From contig CAVUQH010000024.1 in the NCBI GenBank assembly GCA_963743525.1, positions 193,763 to 257,762 on the forward strand: a stretch of DNA of 64,000 bases. Reading direction: 5' to 3'. The notes below the pieces were generated by a model, which was given only the letters and a program-made list of their open reading frames with translations, did no database searches and was not told the DNA's origin. Source of the DNA: an uncultured delta proteobacterium. Its GTDB lineage: Bacteria > Myxococcota_A > Polyangia > Haliangiales > Haliangiaceae. Positions 52,889-64,000 of this stretch are shown one piece after another (position 1 is the first letter of the stretch; each line of letters opens with the position of its first letter). A program made the translations under genes and the position numbers.

Positions 52889-54232
52889 CTACTCGTCAGC
52901 GCACGACAGCTGGGCAATCGCCTGCTCGTGGCGCTCGAACGCCTTGCGACCGGCCTCCTGCAGATCGATGGGCAGGTCGTTGGTCGCCAGCGAATGGGTC
53001 GCCAACCCCGATGCGATCTCGGCCGAGGTGTCGGCGTTGCGGGTGTGTGCTTCGGCGTCCTCGTGGCTGCATTTGTCCAGCTTGCGAAAGCTCCAGTACG
53101 CGCTCTCGGCCTGCTTCAGCGACTGGCAGCTGTACGCGATGCAGTACTGCCCTTTGCGACAGTCGTCGGCGCGGGTGCACAGCTTCTTGGGCGGCTTGGC
53201 CGCTGCCCCCTTGGCGGCCGCTTCGTGCCACATTTCGCCAACCATCGCCCGAGGCTCCTCGGGCGCCTTCAGGTCGTGCAGCACGGCCCAGGCGTGGGCG
53301 GCGCATTCGGCCATGGTCCCCTCTTGCAGCGCGTTCTCGGTGATGAGCGACGGCTCGCTGGCCGAGCGGTCGAGATAGTCAGTGTCGAGCGCGGTCTGGG
53401 CCGGGATGGCGAACGCCTTGCCGATCAACGCCTCGGCATTCGCGACCTTCATCTTGGCCAGCGCGGTCAGCGCCAGGCAGCGCAACTGGTAGTAGGGAGA
53501 CCCGCCGGCCATGGTCTCGAGTCGCCCGACCAGCTTGGCGTCGTCGGCCGGCCAGGAGACTCCGTTGCGGGTGAACTTCTGCAGCCCCCACGCCTGGACC
53601 ACCGGGCACTCTTCGTCATCGAGGGCGGCCATCGTCGCCTGCAACACCTCCGGCTGGGGCGAGTCGTGGCGGACCAGCACGTGGCGCGCCTGTACGCGCA
53701 CCAGGCAACTGTCGTCGGTCAGCAGTTTCTGCAGCTCCGACATCACCGGCTTGCGATCCTCCATCCAAAAGATGTTGGCGGCGGCATTGCGCAGCTGATC
53801 CGACGGATGAACGAGCGCCCGTCGCATCGCGACCAGGAAGCCTTCGTGGGACGAGCCCATCTCCTTCCACATGTCCAGGCCGTACTCGGCGATGCGAAAG
53901 TCCCGCTCGGCCAGGAGGGCGTTGGCCAGCGCGACGTCGTTCGCGTTCTTGGCCACGAGCGCCTTCATCGCGTCGTGTCCGTGGAACCGGGTCAACTGGT
54001 CGTCGCTCACGATCTGGGCTTCGATCGGCTCGAGCGCCGCCTGCAGCGCGGGCGGCAGGGCGGCAGCGGGCTCGGTCGCCTTCACCGCGGCGTCGGCAGG
54101 CTGCTGGGCGACAGGCGCCTTCGCCGTGCTGGCCTGCGCTTGCTCTTTCGCCTGCGGCTTCGACTTGCAGGCACCGGCGAAGGAGGCGAGCAGGAGCAAC
54201 CCGACCGCGGCCGAGATTGGACGGTTGTTCAT
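52889..54232 (-). CDS. Lipoprotein with HEAT/armadillo-like helical repeats
   Basis: Lipobox 'LLLASFAGACKS' then a helical repeat domain. A diverged copy of its last ~40 codons occurs again at 60590-60720. Confidence 0.55.
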   Translation of the reverse strand: MNNRPISAAVGLLLLASFAGACKSKPQAKEQAQASTAKAPVAQQPADAAVKATEPAAALPPALQAALEPIEAQIVSDDQLTRFHGHDAMKALVAKNANDVALANALLAERDFRIAEYGLDMWKEMGSSHEGFLVAMRRALVHPSDQLRNAAANIFWMEDRKPVMSELQKLLTDDSCLVRVQARHVLVRHDSPQPEVLQATMAALDDEECPVVQAWGLQKFTRNGVSWPADDAKLVGRLETMAGGSPYYQLRCLALTALAKMKVANAEALIGKAFAIPAQTALDTDYLDRSASEPSLITENALQEGTMAECAAHAWAVLHDLKAPEEPRAMVGEMWHEAAAKGAAAKPPKKLCTRADDCRKGQYCIAYSCQSLKQAESAYWSFRKLDKCSHEDAEAHTRNADTSAEIASGLATHSLATNDLPIDLQEAGRKAFERHEQAIAQLSCADE

Positions 54233-54421
54233 GCGCGCGACCAGGCTACCCCGAACCGCCACCTGCCAGGGAGCGGATTGGCCTTTCTCCTGGCATCCGT
54301 TGCCGGGGTCTCGGCCAGCAAGCGCCCGCGACGCACAGACAGCGGTCGATCGTTCATGCGAATCGTTGGCGCGCGCCGGCGCGCCTACGGTCCTCGTCCC
54401 CCTAACCAATAGGAGAAGACG

Positions 54422-56619
54422 ATGACGTTCGCTCGAAACGCAACTCTGGCCGCGGCTGCGGTCGCCGGCATTGCCGCCACCGCCGGTTGTGGTGGCGCCT
54501 GGCCGCCGGCCTGTGGCAGCGAGGTGGTCAACGCCGACACCTGGCAGGTGACCTGCGGCTGTGTCAACGAGACCGGTTATACCGCCGCTGCAACCTGGAA
54601 CTTCTGCTACGACGGCGCGACGGCCCCCGGGGCTACCCAGGCCATCCTCGAATGCAACGCGGCGGCTACCGACCTGACCCTGCGCGGCGGCCTGGGCGTC
54701 TCGTGCGGCCCCCTCTCCGGAGGAGGCTTGACCCAGGTCGGAACCGACAACTGCCCGACCACGGTTGGCGTCGCCTGCGAGGATCTGAGCTCGGCCTCCG
54801 GCGCCCTACTCGACGCGTCGGCACAGCCGCTCCACGGCTGGCAAAACCCGCGCGCGACCTACGCCGGACACATCGACACCAGCCGCTCGTACGTCGAGAT
54901 CACCGTCGATGGCGCGGTGGCCAGCCCGGCACTGTCCGGTGACATCTACGTGACCGGCGGCGACTGCCCCGGCGCCGACTGCGCGATGCAGGTCGAACGG
55001 GCTGGAGCTGTGGGGCGATCCGTTCACCCTCCACGGCGCGACCGTCAGCGAGCTCGCGCTGACCGATTGGGGCCCGTGGAGCGGGCAGAAGCTCGCCGAC
55101 GACAGCTACAAGTTCTCGGCCGCTGACGCCTCGGTCAAGCTGTCGGCCGCCATCGACGGCGACCGTGGCGCCATCGTCGGCGTGCCAATCGGCGTCCCCG
55201 GCGGGCGGTTCTACACCTCGGCGACGCCGCTCCCCGGCGGCGGCACCGCGCCGGCCGGCTACATGACCATCGAGGGCACCTTCAGCTTCGCCGACGGACA
55301 GGCCCGCGTCTTCCTGGTCTTCATCTTCGGCAACGGCGCGCCGACCGTGAACGTGCAGTCCCGCTACGTGACCTGCGACGTCGTCGGCGCCCCGCAATGT
55401 GGCTGGGTCTTCGACGGCTCGTGGAGCCGCGCCTTCGACGGCGGCCCGGTGTCCGAGTACCACTGGTACGACGCCAGCGGAACTCTCCTGGGCAACGGCC
55501 CGACCCTGGCGCCGCCGGCCGGCGTGGACTACCCAATCTGGCTCAGCGTGGTCAACAGCGCCGGGTTCGTCGGCTCGACCTCGGTGGGTGAAGCCGCCGG
55601 GCCGCAGCGCTCGGGTGACCACGGCTGGGTCTGGGCCAACCAGACCACCGCCGCGTCGTATACCCCGGCGACCGGATACCAGTACAACAGCACCGGCGCG
55701 AGCAACAGCGTGACCCGGTCGTCGGCTGGCCGTTACACGGTTCGGTTCGCCGGCCTGGGAGGCAGCGGCGGCAACGTCCAGGTGACGGCCTACGGCTCCG
55801 ACGCGGCCTACTGCAAGAGCGCCGGCTGGTGGACCAGCGGCAGCGATCTGCTGGCCAACGTCCGCTGTTTCTCCGCCGCCGGCCAGCCGGTGGACTCGCG
55901 CTTCAACGCCCTCTTCTACCGCGAGCAGATCTCCGGCGGATCCGGTGCCACCACCGCGTACCTGTGGGCCAACGCGTCAACCTCCGCCGACTACACGCCG
56001 GCGTCGGGCTACTCGTACAACGACACCGGCGCGAGCAACCGCGTCCGCCGAAGCGGCACCGGCAACTACACCGTCGAGCTGCCGGGCCTCACCGACAGCA
56101 ACGCCAGCGTTCAGGTGACCGCCTACGGCACCAACGCCGACCGCTGCCAGGCCGCCGGCTGGTACACCCTGGCTGGACAGCACCTACGTCGCGGTCCGCT
56201 GCAGCGACGCCAACGGGCAGCCGGCCGACGCGCCGTTCAACCTCAGCTACACCGCCGGCGGAATCCCCGGGCTGGGCAGCGGCGGCAGCGACAACGCCGG
56301 GGCCTATGCCTGGGCCAGCTCGCCGACCTCGGCCAGCTACGTCCCACCGTCGTCGTACGCCAACAACGACCTCGGCGGCACCCTCGGCATCCGCCGCAGC
56401 GCCACCGGCGTCTACCGGCTGGACGTCCCGCACGACGCGCCGATCAGCCGCGACACCGTGCTGGTCACCGCCTATGGCACCGACGGCAGCTACTGCAAGT
56501 CCGGTGGCTGGGGTCGTGGCTCGACCCAGACCACTCTGACGATCCGTTGCTTCGACAGCAGCGGCGCGCCCAGCGACCGGCGGTTCAACGCCAGCTACCT
56601 GACGTCGAACAACCTGTAG
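54422..56619 (+). pseudogene. Secreted lipoprotein with a novel ~110-aa tandem repeat (at least 3 copies); two frameshifts
   Basis: Lipobox 'AVAGIAATAGCGG'. Repeats carry W-x-N...YTP/YVP...G-x-Y-x-V...VQVTAYG...C...GW...RCF..G.P.D..FN..Y. Frame changes near 55000 and 56170. Terminates at 56619 ('...RFNASYLTSNNL*'). Confidence 0.55.
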
Positions 56620-56679
56620 GCATCACTCGGACAGCGTCGCCACGCCCGCCAACTCGGGTGGGCGTGGCGGCGCGTCAGT

Positions 56680-59600
56680 TCAGGGCGTCACCGTGTTGGC
56701 AGCGCCGGGCGTGAGGGTCGCGGTCAGCTTCCAGTCGGTGGCGGCGTCATCGCTGTCGCTGCCGTTGGGATCGCGGACGAGAGAGTGAATGTCGTCCGTG
56801 CCCGGATCGATGATCGTCGCGCTGAGCGCCGTGCCCTCGACCAGCGACACCGCGGCCGAGAAGCCGGTGATGCTGGCCGCGGTGATCGACCCGCCGTAGC
56901 TGAGCGCATCGACCAGCGTGTTGCTGCTGCTGTTGATCAGCGCCACGCCGTCGGGATTCCCGTTCTGGATGAAGTCGCCGGTGGCGTCGATGGTCAGGAC
57001 TCCGCCGGGAACTGCCCCGGTGACCGTGGCATTGCCGATGACCAGGTAGCCGCCGTCGGCCAGCGACGCGCCGGCGTCCGACAGGGCGAAGCGCGCGTAC
57101 TCGGCGTTGTTGTTGCCGTTGACCAGCACCACCGCCAGGTCGGTGAGCGACACCGCCACACCGGTGCCGTTGTAGATCTCGATGAACGAGTTGGCGTCGG
57201 TGCCGCTCTGGTTGTAGTCGATCTCGTTGATCACCAGGTGGTCGGGACCGGTCTGGACGTTCACGGTCCGTGGACTTCATCGAGGCGCCCAGGGTCGCCG
57301 TCACCGTGCCCGGCGGTGAGCGTGTTGCCGTCGGTGTAGTCGAACGTCGCCTCGAGCTGATCCGCGGCCACCACGACGTTGGCCGGCACGCTTCCGGCGC
57401 CCGACGGCGCGACCGCCAGCGTCACGGTGGAGCCGCCGCTCGGCGCGGGAATGTCGAGCGTCACCGTGAGCGTGACCATGCCTCCCGGCACCACAGCAGC
57501 GGGATTCGGCGTCACGCTCACCAGCGCTGGCGTCTCCGCGGCGTCAACCACGCGCACGTGGGCCGTCGGCATCGTCGAGCCGAGGGTCGCGAGTCAGGGT
57601 GACGTCGGCGGACTGGGCCAGCCCGTTGACCAGCACCGGGGCGCTGGTCTGCCCGGCCAACACGGTCACGCCGCCGCCGACCACGGTCAGCGCGTTCGAG
57701 TCCGACGAGGCGATCGACACGAACGTGTCGGTCGACGGCGCCGTCACCAGGGTCACGGTCAGCGGCTGCGGGATCGTCGCCACCCCGGTGTCGCCGACCC
57801 GGGTGTAGGACTGCGCCGGGCCGAAGCTGGCGATGGTCGCCGCCCCGGCGACGTAGTCACCGGCCATCCGAGGCTCGAGCTTCGAGTTGTTGTTGCGGTA
57901 GGCGACGATGCCGGTGATCGACGCGAAGTTCTGATTGACCAGCGGGAACGGCGTGATCAGGTAGAGCAGGTCGTCTACGCGCAGCATCGAGTCGACCACG
58001 AACTCGTTGGTCGGCGCCGAGTCGCCCGGCCCCGGCGTCGGCGCCACGTCGGCGACGGTGGCGTTGGTGATGGTCACCAGCACACCCTCGAGCGCCGCCG
58101 CCCGCGACCCGCCGGTGGTGATGTCGGCCGCGCTGACCGAGATCGGCGCAGGCGGCGTGTCGCCCGACGACGTCACCGACACCACCGCGCTGCCCAGCTG
58201 GATCTCGCCGTAGTAGTCGGCCGGGACCGCGCTGGTGATGTCAACGCGGTCGCCGACGGCCACGGTGTTGGCCGGGGCGTAGACGAAGATGCCGGAGTTG
58301 TCCGCGCCGGCGTAGCCGGTGTCGGTCTCCTTGACCTGCAAGAAGAAGCCGTCGGCGTAGCGCCCGGTGACCAGCGCGTTGGACAGCGCAATGGTCGTGC
58401 CCAGCGGCGTCACGCCACTCTTGATGTCGTAGATGGTGGTCGGGCAGCCGGCGCCACCGGGGTTGCTGGCGTTGGGACACGCGTCGCAGGCGTCGCCGGT
58501 CATGTCGCCGTCACTGTCGGCCTGGTCGGGGTTGTAGACCCCGGGACAGTTGTCGGCACTATCGGTGACGCCGTCGGCGTCGGCATCCGACGGGTTGAAC
58601 GACGGACAGGTGGTGGTGTCGGCCGCCGTCGGGCAGACATCACAAGCGTCGCCCACGCCGTCGCTGTCGAAGTCGGCCTGCACGCCGTCATCCAGCGGGC
58701 GGATCGGGTTGAACACGTCGGGGCAGTTGTCCGAAGCGTCGGGGATGCCGTCGCCGTCGGCGTCGGTCGCGGTCACCTGCCCGGTGTAGACGGTGGAGCC
58801 GTTGACCGCCTGCGGCCGGCTGGGCACGCAGGTCGGCTCGTTGTCCGGCGTCCCGCAGAAGAAGGCGCCGTAGATCGAGCCGACGGAAGTCTGCAGCGCG
58901 GACAGCGACTTGCCGATCTCGCTCTGCAGGCAGACCCGCATGCCCGTGCCGCACACATCGATGGTGTCGCAGGTGTCGGTGGTCAGCCCGGCGATCACCG
59001 CGTCCTCGCCGTACAGCGGCTTGCCGCCGCGCATGACCAGCGCGACGTCCTGCGGGTCGGCGGCGACCACGGCGCGGAAGCCGTCGTTGGTCGAACTCGT
59101 CGAAGATCGAGATGTCCGCGACCTTGCCCGGAGCGAGCAGACCGATGACGGCCCCGTCGCCGGCGATCTGCGCGGCGTTTACGGTGACCATTCGCCACAG
59201 CTGCTGATCGTTGAAGTAGCCGTTCAGATAGGTGGAGTTGAAGCCGTCGGCGCAGCGCAGCTCGCGCAGCGCGTTGATCGAGCCGCTCGGGGTCCAGTCG
59301 GTGCCCAGGGCGATGAGCACGCCCGCGCGCGCCGCCACCGTGACCTCGGCGGTGTTGCCGTACAGGGTGATGTTCGAGCGCGGCGACCAGATCAGCCCGG
59401 TGCCGTCGTGGGCCATCAGCTCGTAGTCGGGCGGCTCGAGGCCGACCGCGTGGATGAAGGCGCTCTGCTTCTGCGTCAGGTCGTGGGCGACGCCCGGGGC
59501 CGTGGTGTCGAACGTGGTCGAGCTGGTGCACAGGAACTCGTTGCGCGTCACCTTGTCGATGCCCTCGGCCACGTGCGGCACGTACGAGTCATCCATGGCG

Positions 59601-60454
59601 ATGGTGTCCTCGGTGTCGGGGTTCGAGCCGTAGTTGCAGTCGCCGTCGCGCTGGGTGCCGCCCGAGTCGTCGAGCGGGAAGGTCGAGTAGTCGACCGCCT
59701 TCTGCCCCAGACCTTCTTCGGCACTGGCGACATCGAGGTTGCGCAGCAGGCCCTTGCCGCTGCCCGAGCCGATCAGCGAGGTCGTGCCGCCCATCAGCTG
59801 GCGCAGCTCGCCCCAGTCCTTCTCGTCGGCGGTGGCGCTGCCGGCGGCCGAGATCTTGGTGTGGCCGCGGATGCCCTTGCGCCAGTCGTGGCGCTGCTCG
59901 TAGCGCTCGCCGGTGTCGTTGTACGGGCTGTTCTGCGTGTAGGTGATGTGATCGTGGGCGTTGATCAGCCCCGGCGACACCGCGCCCTTGGGACAGGTGA
60001 TGACCGTCGCGCCGGGAGCCATCGCCGCGCAGTCGCAGCCGACGCACATGATCGCGCCGGTGCCGTCCACGGCCACCTGGCCGCCGCGGTAGATCTTGCC
60101 CGGCGTCAGGATGTCGCCCTTGATCAGCTGGCTGGTGCCGCCCGCGGTCACCTCGCAGACTCCCGACGACAGCGGCGTCAGCGTCTCGCACTGCACCTCT
60201 TCGGCGGTGGTCAGCGTGCAGTCCGGCTCGCAGCCATCGCCGGGCACGAAGTTGCCGTCGTCGCACTGCTCGGGCGCCGTCACGACGCCGTCGCCACAGC
60301 CCATCACACCGGCGTCGCCGCCACCGGCATCGCCGCCACCACCGCCGTCCGGTCCACCCGGACCGGCGTCCGGGTTGTTGTGGTGAGAGCCGCCGCAGCC
60401 AACGGCCACGACGGACAGGGAGAACAGAGCAACGGCAACGCGAAGAAGCTTCAT
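56680..60454 (-). pseudogene. Giant secreted lipoprotein: amidohydrolase domain - thrombospondin type-3 (Ca-binding) repeats - lamin-tail domain; at least 3 frameshifts
   Basis: Lipobox 'LFSLSVVAVGCGG'. Metal-dependent hydrolase 'GLINAHDHITYT'. TSP3 repeats '[15 protein letters not shown]', '[13 protein letters not shown]', '[28 protein letters not shown]'. LTD 'LVINEIDYNQSGTDANSFIEIYN'. Frame switches near 59100, 57580 and 57262. Confidence 0.6.
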
Positions 60455-60589
60455 AGCGTCCCGGTTGTTTAGTACAGGAGGGGGCCGAAGGTCACGCTCT
60501 TTCCCCACGATGTGGGCGTAGTCGTGACAGATGGCACCTGCCGAAATGCCACCGTTCCACTCCTGTGGCATTCAGCAGGGCGGGCCTGC

Positions 60590-60720
60590 GGGCCGGCGCA
60601 CGACAGCTGGGCAATGGCCCGGGCGCGGCGCTCATCGGCCTCTGGGTTGGCTTCCTCGCACTCGATGCTCAGGTCGTTGCCCGCCCTGCGCCCAGCCCTG
60701 AACGTTGTTGCCGCACGATC
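60590..60720 (-). pseudogene. Remnant (about 40 codons) of a paralogue of the 3' end of the HEAT-like lipoprotein gene
   Basis: Nucleotide similarity to 52900-52990: identical 20-mer gcgcacgacagctgggcaat, then about 70% identity. Encodes '...GNDLSIECEEANPEADERRARAIAQLSCAG' against '...TNDLPIDLQEAGRKAFERHEQAIAQLSCADE*'. Confidence 0.4.
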
Positions 60721-60750
60721 CCCGAAGGGCGTAGTTTCCGGGCTTCGGTC

Positions 60751-61749
60751 GTGAGTCGCCGCAGAAGAAAACGCAGAGCCCCGCGGGACGAGCGTGTCGA
60801 GCAGGCGGCCAGGCGGGCGGCGGCCGCGTACAAGAGAAGCCGGCGGGCACTGAAGAGCGGCGACTTCGATGCTGCTCTCGCGGCGGTTCGCGAGGCACTC
60901 GAGCTCGAACCGGCGTCTCCCTACGGACACAACCTCGCCGGTTGGGTCCTGCTGCAACGGCCGAATCCGACCGAGGCCGAGCTCGAGCAGGCTGTCGGCT
61001 ACTTCCGGGCCGCGATCGAGCTCGATCCCCGCGACGTGGTACCCACCGTGAACCTTGCCAACGCCCTGATTGCCCAGGGACGCGACGGCGAAGCGATCGC
61101 CATGATGGAGTCGCACGTCGCCACGCATTCGTTCGCCGCAGACGCGCTGAACTGGCTGGGCTGGTACTGGGGGTTTCGCCGCGGCGAGACCGATCGCGCC
61201 ATCGAGCTTCTCGAGCAAGCCGTCCGGATCCGTCCGTGGAAGGCCCTGCCCTGGGTGAACCTCGGCACCTTGCGCAAACAGAACGGTGCCTACGAGGACG
61301 CCTATGTCGCCTACCAGATCGCCCTGACCTGTTCGGACCTCGAGGACGAACAGCCAGTCGAGGACAGCGCCCGCGCCCTCGAGGAACAGATGATCGAGCG
61401 CGGCGAGGAGCCACCGATCGTCATCCGCAACGAGCTCGGCGAGCTCCTGGGCCCCGAGCTCGTCGCCGTGGCCAGAGCCTGTCGCGCGGGACGCTTCGAC
61501 GACGCCATCGCCGCCCTCGAACGGTTGGGCAGCGAGAACGGCAACTACCTGGTCGATGCCATCGGCATTGCTCACGACGGGGCCAGGGCCGCGCGCCAGC
61601 AGGGCGCGATGATTCAGGCGAGACGGTTGCTCGAGCTGGTCATACGCGGCTACGAGCTGTATGCATCGGGCGCCACCAGCGGCGCCGAGGGCCTGGGTCG
61701 CATGCACGACGTCGAGCGGATGCGCCAACTCCTGGCCGACTGGAGCTGA
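60751..61749 (+). CDS. TPR-repeat protein
   Basis: TPR units 'GDFDAALAAVREALELEPASPYGHNLAGWVL', 'AVGYFRAAIELDPRDVVPTVNLANALIAQGR' and others. Start uncertain (GTG 60751 chosen). The upstream part of the ORF overlaps the gene remnant. Confidence 0.5.
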   Translation: MSRRRRKRRAPRDERVEQAARRAAAAYKRSRRALKSGDFDAALAAVREALELEPASPYGHNLAGWVLLQRPNPTEAELEQAVGYFRAAIELDPRDVVPTVNLANALIAQGRDGEAIAMMESHVATHSFAADALNWLGWYWGFRRGETDRAIELLEQAVRIRPWKALPWVNLGTLRKQNGAYEDAYVAYQIALTCSDLEDEQPVEDSARALEEQMIERGEEPPIVIRNELGELLGPELVAVARACRAGRFDDAIAALERLGSENGNYLVDAIGIAHDGARAARQQGAMIQARRLLELVIRGYELYASGATSGAEGLGRMHDVERMRQLLADWS

Positions 61750-61885
61750 GTCGTCCCCGCCCGCTCACCGGGCGAGGCGGGAGGCCTTGCGCACCAGCGT
61801 TCGGCGAAACCCGGCCGCGAGCCGGGGTTTCAGGCCCATGCGGCGGATTGGAGCACCGCGATTCGCCGCCGGCAAGCGTTCGCGA

Positions 61886-64000
61886 TCAGTTCGCGACGGT
61901 GCCGAGGTCGACGAAGGCGCCGTCGTTCATGACCACGAACGGCCGGCTCTCGATGTTCAGGCCGCCCTTGCCGTCGTGGTGCAGGATCTCCAGCTCGCCC
62001 ATGCCGTAGCCCATCGGCCCGCGCGAGTAGTAGTGGATGCGCAGGTGGTACGGGCCGGCCTTGGGCGTGCCGTCGATGGTGAAGCACTCGGGGCCGTAGC
62101 CGGTGGTGACGTCGGCGTACAGCTCGCCGCCGGTCGCCAGCTTCATGTTCTGGAAGAAGGCGTGGTTGCCTTTGGCGTCGTAGATGTGGAAGTCGACGTC
62201 GTTGGCGTCGGTCTCCCACGACAGGACGAAGCGGGTCGACCGCTCGGTCGACAGCGGTGGCCTTGTGAGCGGCCAGGCGCTTCAGCACCTCGGCGCGGCG
62301 CGCGGGCTCGCGGGCGATCCAGGCGGCGCCGACGATGCCCAGGTCTTCGCGCAGGATGCGCACGCCGCCGGCGAAGCGGCCGTCGGGGTAGCTGCGCTCG
62401 AGGCCGTGCTCGAGGGCGGCAAAGGCGTCGGCCAGACGGCCGGCGCGAACCAGGTCGTAGGCCAACTGGCGATGCACGGTGAGATGGTCGGGGCGCTGCA
62501 CCTCGGCCTTGCCCAGCGAGTCGATGGCCAGCGCCAGCGATGTCGGCTCGGCGCTGAGCCGCTCGAGCCGCTGGGCGGCGAAGCGGCGCAGGTCGGCGCG
62601 CGACGGGAACAGGTCGATGATCGAGGCGTAGGCGCGCGCGGCCAGCGCGGCGTCGCCGCGCGCCTCCAGCGCCTGGCCGAGGGCGACCAGCGCCATGACG
62701 TCGCCCGGGTCCTCGCTGCGCCAGGCCAGCGCGTCGACCACGGCGCCGTCGATGTGACCGCTGTCGATCATCTTGCTCACCGCGGCGAAATGTCCGGTCA
62801 GCGGCGGCGGGCCGCTCTCTTCCTCGTCATCACCGGTGGCCTCTTCGTTCGCGGCGATGCTCGGCGACGCGGCGCTCGGCGCGGCGGCGCCGTTGGCGAC
62901 GGTGCCGTCGACGATCACGCCCTGAGAGGTGCCCTCGGGATCGAGGACGGGCGCCCGGTCGGCCATCGTGATCCGGGAGGCAGAGGTGCGCTGTGCGGCC
63001 CCGGCCCGGTGGCTCCGGGTCGGCGCGGGCCGGCGCTCGGCCGGCGGCATCGGCTCCGGTGCCGCCGGAGGCGGCGGCGGCTGATCGACCACCGGCGCGG
63101 CCGTGGTGTCTTCGGGCTTGGCCGGCTCGAGCTCCTTCTTCTCGACCTCGTCGAGCTCCCCATCGTCGTCGTCATCGGCTGACACGCGTCCGACCTTGTT
63201 GCCCGTCTCGGGCTCTTTCTGTTTGAACTTGCCGTCGAGCGTCTTGGTCGTGTCCTTGCCCTTGTCGTTCTTGGCCGGCGGCGTGGCGATGATCATCGCG
63301 TCGGCGCGCTTCGCCAGCGTCACGCCGCGCGGCCCGACGGTGAGGATGTCGGCCAGCGCCTTGCGGTCGATACCGAAACGCTCGTAGTCGGCGGCGGTCT
63401 CCAGCACCAGCAGGGCGGTGAAGTCCGACAGCACGCGGTGGCGGGTCAACAGCTCGACGATGCGCGCCTTCAGCTGCTTCTTGCGCGCGTCGTCGGTGGT
63501 CGCCGCGCGCTCGGCGGTGAGACCGGCAATGCGCGCGGTGGCCATGGCGCGCTCGACCAGCGGCCGCTCGGCGCGGGCCAGCGGCACGGTCACGTCGCGG
63601 CTGATCGCGCCACCCAGGTGCACGGTCAGGCTGGCCGCGGCCTTGGGCAGCTCGGCGTAGACCAGGAACTGGTCGCCGGGCTGCACGCCGTCCAGGCGGC
63701 GCGGCCAGACGAAGTCGGCGCCGGCCACGCTGACGTCGATGCCGCTGACGGTGGTCTGGTTGATGCGCCGGGCCAGCTCGCGCGGCTCGAGCCCGCCGTC
63801 GAGGACCACGCCGTCGTGGGCGGCGGCGCCGCGGGCCAGCTGGCCGGCGGTGTCGTCGTCGCGAATGCCGCCGACCAGGACCACGTCGATGCGGTCGACG
63901 GGCAGCGCGCGCGCGGCCGCGATCAGCGCGGCGCCGTCGTCGTCACCGGCGGTGACGACGGCATCGGAGATGATGATGGCGCGCTCGCGCCTGGGCCGCG
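61886..64000 (-). pseudogene. Large vWA-domain protein (VIT/vWA-like N-terminus running off the window, Pro-rich linker, TPR-like region, conserved C-terminal domain); one frameshift; 5' partial
   Basis: vWA end '...IIISDAVVTAGDDDGAALIAAARALPVDRIDVVLVGGIRDDDTAG' continues past 64000. C-terminal domain '...MKLATGGELYADVTTGYGPECFTIDGTPKAGPYHLRIHYYSRGPMGYGMGELEILHHDGKG...' is in a different frame. Switch near 62240. Confidence 0.5.

Noticed and set aside
60469-61728. 419-aa minus-strand ORF
   Set aside because: Antisense to the TPR-repeat gene except for its 3' end, which is the short paralogue remnant reported separately.

Overview
This 64 kb window is very GC-rich (about 70%) and densely coding. 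It looks like a myxobacterial-type (Myxococcota-like) chromosome segment. That is an inference from a MYXO-CTERM-like C-terminal tail, a choice-of-anchor-Q-like tail, many eukaryotic-like Ser/Thr kinases fused to STAND/TPR modules, TSP3 and lamin-tail repeats, and frequent lipoproteins. I could support about 47 protein-coding genes and found no rRNA, tRNA, CRISPR or obvious mobile element. The content is dominated by signalling proteins and by secreted, lipoprotein or surface proteins, plus housekeeping genes (eda, sixA, hpf, GNAT, AKR, HAD, TetR). Signalling proteins include:
- a hybrid histidine kinase
- three PilZ-domain proteins
- two giant STPK-TPR proteins, one fused to an AAA/STAND NTPase
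- a separate STAND-TPR-OmpR_C regulator
- a truncated PtsP-like GAF protein
- an ABC1 kinase
Secreted, lipoprotein or surface proteins include:
- beta-helix proteins
- BNR/sortilin propellers
- vWA proteins
- a C39-like peptidase
- a lambda-R-type GH104 lysozyme
- an amidohydrolase-TSP3-LTD giant
- a novel tandem-repeat protein
- a MacB-type ABC exporter with two FtsX permeases and a HlyD adaptor
The most notable points are:
- at least 11 single-base frameshifts that split otherwise intact large genes, suggesting assembly indel errors or mass pseudogenisation
- a secreted phage-lambda-R-like lytic transglycosylase next to the MacB exporter
- a methyltransferase/PilZ/hybrid-kinase operon preceded by an unusual low-GC nested-palindrome element
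- a catalytically degenerate, truncated PtsP homologue
- a previously unrecognised ~110-aa tandem repeat family
- a short diverged duplicate of a gene 3' end
- clear TetR operator palindromes
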